Source: Geosiphon pyriformis uo1
Taxonomy: Eukaryota > Fungi > Glomeromycota
Direction: 5' to 3'
Assembly: GCA_016748015.1 (NCBI GenBank)
Contig: JAAOMT010000523.1
Location: forward strand, 551,719-615,718
Length of the DNA: 64,000 bases
Shown here one piece after another: positions 34,983-50,000 of this stretch. Position 1 is the stretch's first letter. The number at the start of each line of letters is the position of its first letter. Position numbers and translations under genes: made by a program. The notes below the pieces were generated by a model. The model was not told where the DNA came from. It saw nothing but the letters and a program-made list of their open reading frames with translations, and ran no database searches.

Positions 34983-35970
34983 TGTTACCAGTAAAATTTT
35001 AGCTATTAATTAGCATGAAATTATCTTTATAATTCCTATTATTAATTAACATATTAATATCAATTCAAATTATCACTTATTATTTAATCAATTTATCACA
35101 TATCACGATTTAATTAATAATCCAATTAGTACAACAGAAAGTAAGATGATTAAATTATACAATATTCTGAACTTTGTAGCATTCTAAAATTTGCCGAAAT
35201 TTACAAAAATTCGCCGAAATTTATAGAAATTCACCGAAATTATGAATAGTTCACCCAAATTAATCAATAGTTCAGCAAAATAACTTGTAGTCCATCAAAA
35301 TGTATCTTTAATTTGCCAAAATTTGAGCAAAAAGAAAAAGTGCAAGTTCATAGACTAGTATTACAACAAGTTGTATAAAAAAAGAGCTTTTCTTTTCAAG
35401 AAAGTGTATCTTACTTTAGATTTATTACTTAGAACCATTTCTACACACACAAAAAGAAATAAATATCAAATAATTTGAAAAACCAAATTCTTAATTATTG
35501 CACTTGAAAAATCCCCAAAACCTAACTAATATTTTGAAATTGATTAGCTACCAATTTCAGTAAATTGTTAGTGACTCCAGATCTGGATAGAAAACGTTTT
35601 CTCTGACACAATTCTATTTTTTTTACATTTCTTTTATTTTTTTTTTATTTTTTTATTACAATCATTAGGGTAGCCTACAGACAAGATTCCTGTAGAAGAG
35701 TTGACTTTCACAGCAAAGTAACTACACATTTTAGTGAGCTTCCAGACAAGCAATTCCTGGGAAAGAGTTGACAGTTACTACAATGTAACTATACAAAATA
35801 ACTAGCATGAAATTGGCCATTCCACTTAGAAGCCCAGCAGTTCAAATTATAGGAGATAATTTGAAGATAAATTCAGTTACTGGAGGTCCAACTACTTCTA
35901 GAAAACGTGAATTTACAACAAACAGACATTAACAACATTTAAAAAAAGAGACCAAAAATCTCCGGTAACA
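34983..35970 (+). repeat. 5' LTR of D2
   Basis: TGTTACC..GGTAACA followed by TTTGGTGCTC. Confidence 0.95.
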
Positions 35971-36017
35971 TTTGGTGCTCTTCTACAGAAATAACACAGC
36001 AACAACAAACTTCAAAG

Positions 36018-39000
36018 TAGTGACCACACCAGACACAACAACTCTAGAATATTATCAGTCAATTTACACCCATTGCAAGCAGAGATTCAACATCCCAGAC
36101 GGAATTGAAATTGTTGAAAGAACACTCTACCAATACATTGAAAACTGTATTAACAATTATCTTCTTGGAAATTACAACATTTCAGAAGTTAGAAGCAATC
36201 TTTACAATAATCTAGTGCACTATTCACAATTGAGAACTGAAGATCTTAACAGTGAAACACTTGCCACCTACTTTCAAGAACTCAATTACAACATTATCAA
36301 GTATTGTGAAGAAAAATACCCAGTACAGTCTAAATACTCTCTTGACTTTGAATCAGAAACAGAAACAAGCAACAAAAGCAAACAAAAAGTGAAACAACAC
36401 TCAAAAACCACTTCAAACACTCCAATACTACCAAAGACAACTGCCAAACACTTGCAAACACCTGAACAAGGAACCAGTGTCAAATTACCACTTTTTATCA
36501 CATCATTTCCAATTTCACTTGCTCGACCACAAACACCAAATTCACCACTTAACTGTTTCTCCAGACCAGAAGATTTTCAGTCACCTAGAAATCCTACTCA
36601 ACAGCAGAAACCCATATCAACAAGCACCAATATTATTGAATACTTGCAGGAAAATGAAAGTGATCATTCAGAATATTTGGAAAGTGAAAAAACTGAATCA
36701 GAACAAGAAAAAGCTACAGAAAACAAAGAGAAAATAGCAACTGCTTTCATTGCAAAAATTTCAGAATTCACAGGTAAAGATAGTCATACCAGTCCTCAAG
36801 AATGGCTTGACAAAATTCAAAAAACAGAAGATGCAAATGGTTGAAATGCAGCAAGAATGCTCAAAACAATTTCATACTTTCTCTAAGGAACTGCAAAAAA
36901 ATAGTTTGAAAACTTAGAAGAACTATTTAAAAACTGGCAAGCATTCAAAGATGCTTTTCTATAACAATTCACCAACAACAACACCTCTATCACTCTCAGA
37001 AACCGCTTTCGCAATATCAAGCAAGAAACATTTAAAACTGTTATGACCTATCTTGGAAGATTCAACAAACTTTTCAAATGAATTCAACAATTGGAAACCA
37101 ATGACTACTATTCTGATGCTCAAATTCTGGATCAGTTTATAGCAGAGTTAAAAGACAAACTAATTAAAAAAGTCCACTCACATGCTCCAGCAGACTTAGC
37201 AACTGCCATTAGATATGCAAAGAATTATGAAATGGCAATAGAAGAAGCAAATCACAGCAAGCTTGTAAACTTTGCAATTAGAGAAACCAGTTCAGCAGCT
37301 AAGAAAAAAATAGACCAACTCATAAAGAAGATTGAAAGCTATTTTACAAACCAACAACAACTGCAGCAACAACCACAAAAATATCAACCATCACAGTGAT
37401 GCAACCAAAACAACTTTGGACCACCATCCAACAACCAACTTCAAAATTGTCACTATTGTGAAATTCCAGGACACTGGAAACGAAATTGCAGGAAACTACA
37501 AAGAGACCAACAAAACAGGAGTAATCAATATTACTCTTTACCACAACAATCTTATTACCAACTTCCACTACCAACTTATTATTCACCAAGACCACAAATT
37601 CAAAACAGCTATTATCAACCAGCTTCACAACCAATTCAACAACAATATCAGCAATCTTTACCAATTCAGCAATTTCAGACACCACCCACTCAACAATATC
37701 AAGTACCAGCCAGAAGATTGGTTCAATATAACCAATTCATATCTCAAAATTAATTCAGTAATAATAACACCAGAATCAACCCAAACAACCAGTTGATTTT
37801 TCGAAATTCTGGTCAGCAAAGACCAAACTACTTTCACACACAACCTAGTTATTTAATAATACCAGAAGAATCGGATTTTCAACAAACTGCACTTTCTGAA
37901 AGTAGAGATACAGCACCAAAATCAAATCTTTCCAACCACACTATTCCACCAGCTCAAATTGCCCAAAATGCCAATTTGTCAGATATATTTTCATTTGAAT
38001 TTGAGACAAATGAATCACCATTCTTGCTGAGTAATGCAGCAGTTAATGAACAGAAAGCAATTACTGCTATGTACACAGAAGCTACAGTAGAAAGAAAATC
38101 TATTCACTTAATCCTAGATAGTAGATCTGTTGGAAGTATTATCACTTACCAGCTGATACAATAACTCAAACAAAATGTAGACAGACCAGCTCAAACAGTT
38201 ATTGTCACAGCTAATGGTATAAAGAAGACCCCAGTAGAAGAAATTGATGATTTTCCCTTTACAATTGATAGAATTATCATTCCAGTTAAAGTTCTTGTTA
38301 TGGATGCACCCCAATATCAAGCTCTAATCGGAAATGATTGGCTTCTCAAGGCCAATACAAACCTGAACTGGAAAACTTAAGAACTTAAAATCTCATACCA
38401 AGGACAATATACCATAGTACTTGCAACCTGTGGTACCTTTAACAAACAATCAGAAAAAGCTCTAGTATTTGAATTTGAGGAAGAAAAGGAAATGCCAATT
38501 ACTGAAACTTACATGGCTCTTGGATTAACATCCAATTGGACTAAAGAAACAGAACAAAAAATTTTTGAAACAAGAGAATGGAAGAAGGTTTGGTATTCTA
38601 CACCAGAATCACAAAAAAAACCACCATACATTCTACTGAAATGCAAAGATTGTAAAAAGAAGCTTTCATCTATAGGAGCCTGTATTTCCCCAGAAGAGGA
38701 ATACAAAACTCGCATATGCTACTTCTACAAAGCATGCCATAAAGAGCAATTTGGATCCCCCAAAAAAAATGGAAAATGGAACAAAACTCCTTGCCTTACT
38801 TGTGGAGAAATGCTACCAGAAGAATGCAATTGGATTGATGTAGCAATAAGAGGAGGAGTTTGTGATCAAACCTGCCAATATGCCTTGTAGATATTAGAAA
38901 AAGTTCACAAAAGAACACTTTTTGATGCAGCATACAACTAAACTTTACCACTACCCTTATGATGCTGAAATGATTTTTGACTTAGCAATAACATTGATCC

Positions 39001-41626
39001 ATAAAGCCACCCAAAAAGATATCTGCCAAATGAAAGAAGCTAAATATATTGAGTATACCATAGAATTAGCTGGATTTGATTATGAAGATAAAGTAGAAAC
39101 CTACCACCAAATTGCAAGTCATACATACCCAACCAAAGAAGCTCAAATTAAACAATTAGAGCAAATGAACATTCAATTGTGTGAAGAATGTGTTATGCTT
39201 TATAATAACCAATGGTGTTTGGAATGTTATGCTCTTAGCATTTCTTTGCCAGATAAGAATGATAAAAATGAAATCGAATTTGGGGTATCTGAACTAGCAG
39301 AAAAACTACCAACCACTCCTATCTATCTTCTTGAAAAGCAACTACCTTTACAACTTAAATATTTCGACAACCATGGCCAAGGAATCAGACCAGAAAAAGC
39401 ACACAAAATTGACACTGAATATGATCTAAAATATTCAGAAAAAGATATTATGGTTCTCTAACCAAAGTCCCTGACAAAAATTAATCTCAAAATTGCTTTT
39501 GAAATACCACCAAGAGCAATGGTTCAAATTGCCTCCAGATCATTATTGGCAAGCAAAGGAATCAATATTAGAGGAGGAGTTATAGATGCAGGATATACTG
39601 AAGACATTACCATTATGTTATAAAATAAAACAGACAAATCATTCAGGATTGAACATGCTGAGAAAATTGCTCAAGCAATTTACCTACTCTTAATCAATAT
39701 TTTGGGTCTACAATCAGTTAACAACAGAGAACAATTGGGAAAAAGTGAAAGAGGAATACAAGGTTTTGGTTCAACTGGATAATTTACAGTTTCAGTAAAC
39801 ATAGCTCTTAATATATAAAATGAATCTTACCAGATTCTTCAACTTTCCCAACCAATTACTATTTCATCTTTTGGAGAACATTACGAAATTTACACTTGCT
39901 CAAAACCCACTACTACTCAAAAAATCTTTGAATCCAATGAACAAATCTGTTTAAAGCATGAAATTTCAATTCCAAAAGTTTATATTCCCAAAGGAATGAA
40001 AAAATTTTGAGTTACATTCTACAATCTCAATAATTATCCTATTGTCTTATTAAACAAAATAGAAATTGGAATCATACACAGCAATATCTTTCAAAATAAA
40101 AACCCTCAAATTGTCTCTAATTTCATCAAAATTGTAAAGCACACTCTACTTCCAAATCCAAATATTATTTCCACCACTGAAACTATTACTTTTTAAAAGA
40201 AAAACTCTCTCAAATCAACATGGGTCTCTTAGAATCTCAACAACAAAGACAATTAAAACAATTGATAGCTGAATTTGCAGATATATTTGCAAAAGACAAC
40301 AATAATCTGGGAAAAACGGATATTGTTCAACATCAGATCCATACAGGAAATGCTCCACCAAAATGTCAGCAAGCTTACAAAGTGCCACCTGCCAGCCACC
40401 AATTCATCAGAGAAGAAGTCCAGAGAATGCTCAATAACAGATTGATTCAACTATCAAAAAGTTTTTGGGCCTTACCAGTAGTTTTTGTCAAAAAAAAAAA
40501 TAGAAAAATCAGATTTTGCATTGACTATTGCCAATTGAACAGTGTGACAATTAGAGATGCCTACCCCCTTCCAAGAATTGATAACATGCTAGATGCTCTA
40601 GAAAAAGCCAAGTTTTTCTCAACTTTAGACTTGAAAAGTGAATACTGACAAGTCAAAATAGACCCAAAAGACCGACCCAAAACAGTATTTACCACCCAAG
40701 GAGGAAACTATGAGTTCAATGTTATGCCTTTTGAACTCTGCAATGCACCAACAACATTCCAATGACTCATGGATGTTGTATATAAAGAACTCTTATGGCA
40801 ATTAGTAGTTGTTTATCTTGATAACACTAATGTATACTCACCAAGCTTTAAGGCTCATTTTATCTACCTGCAAGAAGTTTTTCAACAATTACAGAAAGCA
40901 GAACTGAAGTTAAACATTGAGAAATGTCACTTTAGAAAAACAAGCTTAATCTTCCTTGAACACATTGTTAGCAAAGATGGAGTCAAACTGAATCCTGGAA
41001 CAATCAGTGCTGTTAAAAACTTTCAAACACCCAGAAATACCACAGAGTTATGAGGATTTGTAGGATTAGCCTCCTATTATCGAAAATTCATCAAAGGATT
41101 CTCAGAAATTGCCAAACCACTCAACTATCTCACCAATAAAAATGTGCTATACAAATGGACTGAAGAACAACAAAAAGCATTTAAAACCCTCAAAACAAAG
41201 CTGACAACAGCCCTAGTTCTTGCATATCCAAACTTCAACAAACAATTTCAACTAGCCACTGATGCTTCACACATAGTATTTGGTGCCATCTTATCACAAT
41301 TAAATAAAAATGGGCAAGAACAAGTCATTGCCTATGCTAGTAAAACACTCAAACCAACAGAACTAAAATATGGCTCAACTGAATTAGAAGCTGCTGCAGT
41401 TATTTGGACTCTTAAACATTTTCAACAATATCTGAAAAATGGAAAAGAATTTGATATTATAACTGACAATATTGGTCTCAAATGGCTCAATAAAAAGAAA
41501 ACTGAACAAAGTGCCAAACAGTCTTAATAGAATAACTTCTTAGCAGACTACAAATATATTGTACACCACAAACCAAAAAAACTACACACTAATGTTAATA
41601 GCCTCTCAAGGATAAGACAATATTAA
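36018..41626 (+). pseudogene. gag-pol: gag-PR-Cys-rich-dUTPase-RT-RNase H of D2
   Basis: Colinear with D1; DAYPLPRID, YLDNTNV, LATDAS; TAA at 41624-41626. Confidence 0.93.
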
Positions 41627-41694
41627 TACCAACATCAACACCAACAAAACACCAACAAACTTAACAGCAGAACAAACAACAAAATCAACAACAA

Positions 41695-42950
41695 ATAGAT
41701 CCAGAAAACTACAACAACATCAAAAACTATTTAGAGACTCTTACCATGCCAGAAAATTGGTTTTTAAGTAAAAAACATTGATTACAACACCAATTCAAAC
41801 AATATTTTATACACCACAACAAAATTTATTACAAGAATTGTAGAAATTCAAACCAATCACTCAGATTAGTACAAGAGAAGAAAAAAGAAACAATCTTATA
41901 CAACATGCACACAGATTCTTTTTCAGCACACTTGGAAAGAGATGAAACAATACAAAGAACTCTTGAACATTACTTTTGGCCTCAAATGCAAAAAGACATT
42001 TGACAATATGTAGAATCTTGTGATAGTTGTCAAAGAAGAGGAGGAACTCATCCCACAGAATCTTTAAATCCAATCAAAGTTGAACAACTTTTTGACAGAG
42101 TTGGAATTGATTTAGTCAGACCATTATCTATCCTAACCCAAAAAAATTGTTATATTGCAGTTGTAGTGGATTATTTTATGAACAACTTGATACAAGAAAT
42201 TTGTGAACAGTTCAATGTTAAAAAACTTTTATTATTATCTTATTACTCTCAAACAAATGGACTTGTAGAACATTTCAACAGAACATTGTGTGAATCTCTA
42301 GCCAAAGTCTCAACAGACTTTGAGCAGAAATGAGATATCTTTATTTCATCAGTATTATTAGTATACAGAACACTAAAACAAAATACTATGAAATACACAC
42401 TATTTGATTTAACTTATGGAAGGACAGCAACACTACCAATTAATTTCACAGTGGAAACATACTCTGTGCAACCAATTAATAAAGAAAACTTTCAAGAAAC
42501 ACTCCAAAGAAGGGCCTACCTTCTTCTTAGTACACTGGAAGGAAAAAAAAGGATAGCAGCAACTCACATTGAACATTTTCAAGCTCAACAAAAAGAAAGA
42601 CATGACAACAAATTACCACCCATAACCAATGAATTTAAAATTGGAAATAAAGTTTTCTTATACAGAACTAAGGCTGAAAAACAATGGAGTGAAAAATTTG
42701 AAAACAAATAGGATGGACCATTTTATATTCACGAAATTCTAGGCAATGAATCATACAAGTTAAGACTTAATGACAAAGTACTAGCAAAAATTGCACATGG
42801 AGATAGATTGAAACACTATCATTCCAAAAACAATCCTGAATCATTAATTTCACAAATTGGTACACATTCTCCTTTAATTAATTCTGAAGATATTCTCTGA
42901 AATTTAGAACCAATAATTATAATAAAACAACAACCAAACTTAACACTTAA
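41695..42950 (+). pseudogene. int: Integrase ORF of D2 (internal deletion near 42175)
   Basis: Colinear with D1 IN; the segment around LSDQG is missing. Confidence 0.88.
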
Positions 42951-43102
42951 TTCAATATAATTTTACAATAATCTTTTAATAACACACAAAAGACAAAAAT
43001 AATAAATAATTACAAAACACCCAAAACCCAAAAACAAATAAAACCCCAGACCCAAAAATATTTTTTTTCATTCTTTCTTTTCATTAATTAGTCAATTTTA
43101 TC

Positions 43103-43810
43103 ATGATTATTTCCCGAAATATTCAACAAATATCTCAAAAATTAATGTTAGCCTTGAAAACACTTCCTGACTTATCCATAACGATTAATGGAAGTCAAAT
43201 TAATTACATTTAAAGAAAAACCACAGCCCCAGTAATCAATAATTCTTAAAACTACCACCCCTAGTGAAGAAAAACAAGAAGTCACTCTGAGAATAAGTTA
43301 CCAGAACTTTTGAAACAGGCACTAAAAGAAAACTTTTTATCTGCTCCTATTGACATTCTACCAAATGCCACAATATAACAAAAATTTTTACTATTACTTA
43401 ATGAACAGAACAATGAACATACTTTCATATTTAAATATTTTTGCATTGGAAAAACACTCTATAAACGAAAACTAAAACTTGAAGCAACAAATACCACCCC
43501 AGAAGCCATACAAAAACAAATTTACAATGAATTCAAGACAGCAGCTGGATCAACAAACACTCACTACAAACTTAGAGCAGCTTTTAGACTCTATGACTTG
43601 TTTAATACTTGTGAAAACGTCCTACAAAGCCCAATACTTCAACTATTGAAAATACAATACATTGAAAAGCTCACAGAACTGAAATTTCAACAATTTTTAG
43701 AGCAAATCACTTCAATCATCTTGGACCACTATCTTAATATTACAGATAGTGCTTGAACTTCAATGAAGCTCAGTCTTAAGGAAAAGGTTATGTTACCAGT
43801 AGAATTTTAG
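43103..43810 (+). pseudogene. ORF3 of D2
   Basis: ATG 43103 to TAG 43810 in frame (236 codons), with internal stops; colinear with D1 ORF3. Confidence 0.8.
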
Positions 43811-44798
43811 CTATTAATTAGCATGAAATTATTCTTATAATTCTTATCATTAATTAACATGTTAATATCAATTCAAATTATTACTTATTATTTAATCAAT
43901 TTATTACATATCACGATTCAATTAATAATCCAATTAGTACAACAGAAAGTAAAATGATTAAATTACATAATACCCTGAACTTTGTAACATTCTAAAATTC
44001 GCTGAAATTTACAGAAATTCGTCAAAATTTATATGAAATTTGCCGAAATTTATAGAAATTCGCCAAAATTATGAATAGTTCACTCAAATTAATCAATAGT
44101 TCAGTGAAATAACTTGTAGTTTATTAAAATGTATCTTTAGTTTGCCAAAATTTGAGCAAAAAGAAAAAGTGTAAGTTCATAGACTAGTACTACAACAAGT
44201 TGTATAAAAAAAGAACTTTTCTTTTCAAGAAAATGTATCTTACTTTAGATTTATCACTTAGAATCAGTCTATACACACAAAAAAAAATAAATATTAAATA
44301 ATTCGAAAAACCAAATTCTTAATTATTGTACTTGGAAAATTTCCAAAACCCAACTAACGTTTTGAAATTGATTAGCTACCAATTTCAGTAAACTGTTAGT
44401 GACTCCAGGTCTGGATAGAAAACGTTTCCCTTGACAGAATTCAATTTCTTTTACATTTCTTTTATTTATTTTTTATTTTTTTATTACAATTATTAGGGTA
44501 GTCTACAGACAAGATTCCTGTAGAAGAGTTGACTTTTACAGCAAAGTAACTATACATTTTAGTGAGTTTTTAGACAAGCAATTCTTGGGAAAGAGTTGAC
44601 ATTTACTACAATGTAACTATACAAAGTAACTGGTATGAAATTGGCCATTCCACTTATAAGCCCAGCAGTTCAAATTATAGGAGATAATTTGAAGATAAAT
44701 TCAGTTACTGGAGGTCCAATTACTTCTAGAAAATGTGAATTTACAACAAACAAACATTAACAACATTTAAAAAAAGAGACCAAAAACCTCTGGTAACA
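43791..44798 (+). repeat. 3' LTR of D2
   Basis: Direct repeat of 34983-35970, with one extra aaattcgccgaaattta unit. Confidence 0.95.
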
Positions 44799-45311
44799 GC
44801 ATTACAAGTTAGTATTCCATCAATAACTGTAATCAAAAGCTATTGTTCCCATGTAGTTAAGTATCAATTTCTATTAACATGAAATGTTGATAGTGAAGAG
44901 TGGATTGAGATAGTAAATAATTATTTATTAATATTTGTGTTGTGGACAGTTGCTTAGATTAAATCTAAATTGAGAGGTCTCTAATAGGAGAATTCTGCCT
45001 TTTTTTTACTTTTAACGTTACCACTATATATATATAATTGATGTTCTATGAGATCACTGACATTCCCGAGTAATGTGCTATGATTTTTTGAGCAATGCTC
45101 ATACTGCTGAGCAATGTGCTCTAATTTTCTAACATTGCTCTACATTGCTGAACTATGTGCTGTGCTTTCTGATATTGCTCCACATTACTGAGCAATGTGC
45201 TGTGATTTTTGTTATTGCTCTATATTGTTGAGCAATGTGCTCATATGTTAAATACTATTCACTTATTGGTCTACTATTTTCCCTATATCTGTTTTCTTTT
45301 TATGAGTAACA
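44799..45311 (-). repeat. Proximal (U3-side) part of the F 3' LTR
   Basis: Starts TGTTACTCATA after the PPT; attgctnagcaat repeats. Confidence 0.9.
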
Positions 45312-45326
45312 TTATCTTCTTCTTTT

Positions 45327-45541
45327 TAATATTAAGCTCTGTCAAAATCTTCATTCTAAATTAGCTCTAATACTTTTTTTTCTAATATTGTTTGTTCAAC
45401 TTTATTTTTCACGTCTTCTACTTGTATATTGTTCATTTTTTCCCATTGGTTAATGGTTATGGTTTCCATGTTCAAAAGTTGTTAACTTAAGGCCTGGAAT
45501 AATTGTTGAGCTATGATGTGAATATAATCTGGTATTTCCAT
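45327..45541 (-). pseudogene. ORF3 of F with a large internal deletion
   Basis: MEIPDYIHIIAQQLFQALS joined directly to NMETITINQW. Confidence 0.75.
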
Positions 45542-45601
45542 TTTTCTTGGTTGCTTTTGTCATGTATACTGTGTCTTTATATATTCTTTTATTGTTTGAT
45601 T

Positions 45602-46978
45602 TTACGTGTTTGGTTTAATGATTATAATTGGTTCCAGATCTTGTAGAATTTTATCTAATTGGATTAGTATTCATTGTACTTCTAATTGTGGAATGTTATT
45701 GGTGGATGATAATACTATTTAGTGATATGGTTTCAGTTGATTACCATGTGCTGCTTTGGCTAAGATTTTGTTGTCCTATCTTAATTTATAAGCTCTATTT
45801 CCAAGAATTTCTTCTATGTGAAATGGTCTATCTCATTTGGGATCAAATTTTCCACTCTATTGTTTTTCCGCTTTGGTATAATATAGAAGTACTTTGTCTT
45901 TAATCTTAAATTCAATTGGTTTATCTGGTAATTGGTTATCATGTCATTCTTTTTGCTTTTCTTGAGACTTTTGGATGTTATTAGCTGCTTTTTATTGTCT
46001 GTTTTTTAGTGTTTCTATTAAGTCATATGTTTTTCTCAACAATGTTTCTTAGAAATTAGCTTCTGTTATTGGTTTAGTTGGGTATGTGTTAACTTCTATC
46101 TCAACTAGTAATGTTGCTGTTCTACTGTATACTAATTTAAATAGTGTTGCTTATGTAGTATCTTGTCTTATTGTCCAATAAGCAAATAATACTGATAGTA
46201 TAACCAAATCTCATTCATCTTGGTTTTTTTGACTGATTTTGGTGATTGCTTCACACAATGTTCTATTGAATCTTTCAACTAGTCTATTGGTTTGTGAATA
46301 ATATGGTAATAATAATGATCTTTTTATTCCAAATCTTTGACTTAATTCTGTTAATGTTCTATTCACAAAATAAGTTCCTTGATCTAATAGTAGTTCTTTT
46401 GGACATTTATGTTAACAAATCAAATCTTGATGGACAAATTTGGCAATGGATTCTGCATCTGTTCTTTGGATGGCTTTTGCTTCTGGCCATTTAGTGAGAT
46501 AGTCCATGGCTACTGCAATATATTTGTTGCTTTTGCTAGTAATTGTTAGTGATCTGACTAAGTCAATTTTAATTTGATCAAATAGTTGTCCCACTTTGAT
46601 TGGTCTTAATAGTTTACTTGGTCTTGTTTCTTCTCTTTTCTAATAAGCATTACAGTTCTAAACATATTGAATGATGTCTGGGTACATTAATGGCCAATAG
46701 TATCTTTTTCTGGTTTTTTCTATAATTGCTTCTTTATGAAAATGTCCTGTTATTGGATCTGAGTGCATGTTGAACAATATTGTTTCTTTTTCTGATTCTG
46801 TAATTATTCTGGTTGGTTGGTCTGGATTTCTTCTGTTTTTCCAGTAAAGTATATTTTAATGATTGATAAAATATTTTAATTGCTGTTTTATGTTGTTTTG
46901 TTTTTTTTGAAATAATTTCTCCTTGAACAATTGGGTATTTATATAATGCTAGAGTTGTTGATATTTTTGTGTATTCAT
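45602..46978 (-). pseudogene. int: Integrase ORF of F
   Basis: IDLVR..AMDYLTKWPEAKA; ATG 38 nt after the RH stop. Confidence 0.9.
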
Positions 46979-47016
46979 TTTTTTGTTATATTTTTTGGTT
47001 TGAAATGTTTTTTTTT

Positions 47017-50000
47017 TTAGATTTGTTTCATTTACAACAATCTGTTGGCATTTCCATTGTCTTTTCTCTTTTTATAATGTACTGTATAATTGAATGGTAA
47101 AAGTTCTATTTTCCATTTGGCATGGCAATTGTCTGCAAATTTTTGTTTCTGAATTGAAGTCAATTTTTTGTGATCAGTGTACATATCAAACTTTTGACTC
47201 AAGTATTTTTTCCATTTAATAACAGCTCAATAGATAGCTAAGTGTTTTAGTGCTGGAGTTCTATAGTTCTTTTCAGTTGAACTTAAACTTTTACTGGTGT
47301 AAGCTACTAGATGTTCTCTTCCATTTGGTCTTTTCTGTGATAATACAACTCCTAATGCTTGGCCTGATGCATCAGTGGTGATAATAAATGGTTTGCTGTA
47401 ATCTGAATACATCAACACTAGAGCTTGAATAAGCTTTCTTCTTAATGTGTCAAATGTTTTTTGTTGAGCTTCAGTCCATTCATACTTCACATTCTTGGTT
47501 TGTAGATGATAGAATGGCTGAGCTAGTTTAGAAAAGTCCTTGATGAAGTGGTAATAATAGCCTGCAAATCCCAAAAATGCTCTTAGTTTTATTAAGTTGA
47601 TTGGTACCAGAAAGTTCTTAACTATTTCAATCTTGTCTAGATCAGTTTTGATTCTATCTTTGCTCATCACATGTCCCAAAAACCTGAGTTCAGTTTTTCC
47701 AAAAAAGCACTTAGTTGCATTTAGTTTCAATCCGGCTTTTCTGAGTCTTTCAAATATATGTTGGAGATAATGCAGATGATCATCGAATGTTTTTAAGAAC
47801 ACATTAGTGTTATCCAAGTATATGACTACTGAATTTTATAGCAGTCCAGTATAGACAATTTCCATAAGCTGTTGAAATGTTGCTGGAGCATTCATTAAGC
47901 CAAATGGCATTACTTCGAATTTGAAATTCTCTTCTCATGTTGTAAAAGCTGTTTTCTCTTTATCCTCTGGCTTTATGGCTACTTGCCAATAACCACTGTC
48001 TAGATCCAATATTGAGAACCATTTTTTTCTTCCAAAAGTGTCGAACAGCTCTTGAATCTTTGGAGTTGGGTAACTGTCTTTTTTTGTTACTCTATTCAGT
48101 TTCCAGTAGTCTACATAAAACCGGATTTTCCCTTTTTCTTATGAACCAGTACCACTGATAATGACCATAGACTCATTAATGACTGAATTAGCCCATTGTC
48201 AAGCATTTAGTTAATTTCTTGATGAATGATCTTATGGCTGGCTGGTGGTATTCTATATGCTCTTTGTTTTATTGACATTGTATTTTCAGTCTTGATCTGG
48301 TGCTGGATTATGTTAGTTCTGCCAAATTCATTTTCACTAGCAAAAATGTCATTAAAATTGTTGATTAACATCTTAAGTTGCATTCACTGAAGTGGGTCTA
48401 AGTTTCCCAAATTTATCTGTTTCAATTGTTCCAGTTGAAGCAGATAATATTTGCTTTGTTTATAAATGATTTGTGATGTGATATCTACATATCCACAAAG
48501 CTATGAAAAATCTGGAATGTAATTTGGTGGTTGATCTTCAACTTCAGTGGTTAATGTCCAATGATGGTTCTTTTTGGTATCTCAATGACATTTCCAGTTG
48601 TGTTGTAGATAAAGATTTTGATGTTTTTGGGGCTTTTGGCTAATATGTAAAGATTAGTGAATTCAATCTTTTCTGATTTACAAATGGTGGCTTCTGTTTC
48701 AAACAATTAAGCTTAATTTTTTACTTTTTTTTTATGACTAACATATACTGGTCATATGGTGGAATGGAAATTGGTTGACAGGTTAAGATAATTTCTCTTT
48801 TGTCAACAATTTTTTCCTCTGCCATATTGACTGGTATATTTATTCTACCCATTGATCCAAATTTCTGTATCCCTCTTGCTGTCATATCTAGTTCTTCTCT
48901 CTTTCCTACTGAAACTAACTAAGCTATTTTCACCAGAGGTAAGAATATTGCCTGTGCTATTTTTTTATTTGGCTTTATAATATAGGTTTTTTCTGAGTCA
49001 TTTTGTAGCATGGCAATAATATTTCTTACGTATTTCACATCAATTATTCCTCCTCTAATGTTGATTCCTTTTTTTGCTAAATTACTCCTAGCTACTAATT
49101 GAACTATGGTTGTTGCTGAAATTTTCAGAGCTATTTTGAGATCAATACATGTGCATAAATTTGGTTCCAATTTGATGGTTTCTTTTTCCAGATATCTTAA
49201 ATCAAACTCTGTGTTAGTATTATGCACACGTTCTGGCATAATACCTTCATTATTGTTACTATACCATTTAAGTTTCTGCTCCTTAAAAAGATCAAGAAGT
49301 GCAATATATATTTAAGGGTTTGAATTGGAGTTTGAATTATTAATATTTTTGTTGCCATATTAAGTAGAGCTAGAACTGGTGTTTTTGTTATTATTATTGT
49401 CGGAGTTTGAATTGGAATTGAAAACTGATTCCAATTCCAATGTGCAGCTGCTGATTGGTTCTTCTTCTGGGATCATGTAGATCATGCATGGTGGTGGATT
49501 GTAAATAAGATCATACTCATTGCAATACTGGAAGTCACATGGGATCAGACAGTGGTCACATAATCAGGTGTTTATTTCTTCCAAGCATTGTTCTTGCTCT
49601 TCTCTGGTGGGTGCCAAATTCTGGTAGTGCTCATGAAATTCTTCTGGGCCTATCTCTATGTTGAGAAATGCCTCTGGGTTTGATATAAGAATAATGTCAA
49701 CTGGTTCTGGTGGGTTGTTTTTGATTTCTAAGATTTTATTGGATGTGGCTCCTTCAATTTTGGCATTGGCCATATGCCAGATCTTGTCCATATTGTGTGG
49801 ATATCTGTCCAAGTGATTGATTGCTTGATGCCAAGTTGCAGTAATAGGCATTCCACAACTTATCCAGTTGCTAATTAGGATTGTGTATTGGCATAAAGCA
49901 TTGCACATTCCTCCTTGTCCAGGAATGTCATTTCACATTCCTTTATCAAGTAGTTGTTCATCACAAGCAAGACATGGTTCGTTGTCCCACTTGTCTTGCC

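Larger units (their letters stand above)
34983..44798 (+). mobile_element. Full-length gypsy copy D2 inserted in the F 3' LTR
   Basis: LTRs 34983-35970 and 43791-44798; PBS at 35971; flanks GTGT/GCAT (decayed GCGT TSD). Confidence 0.96.
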
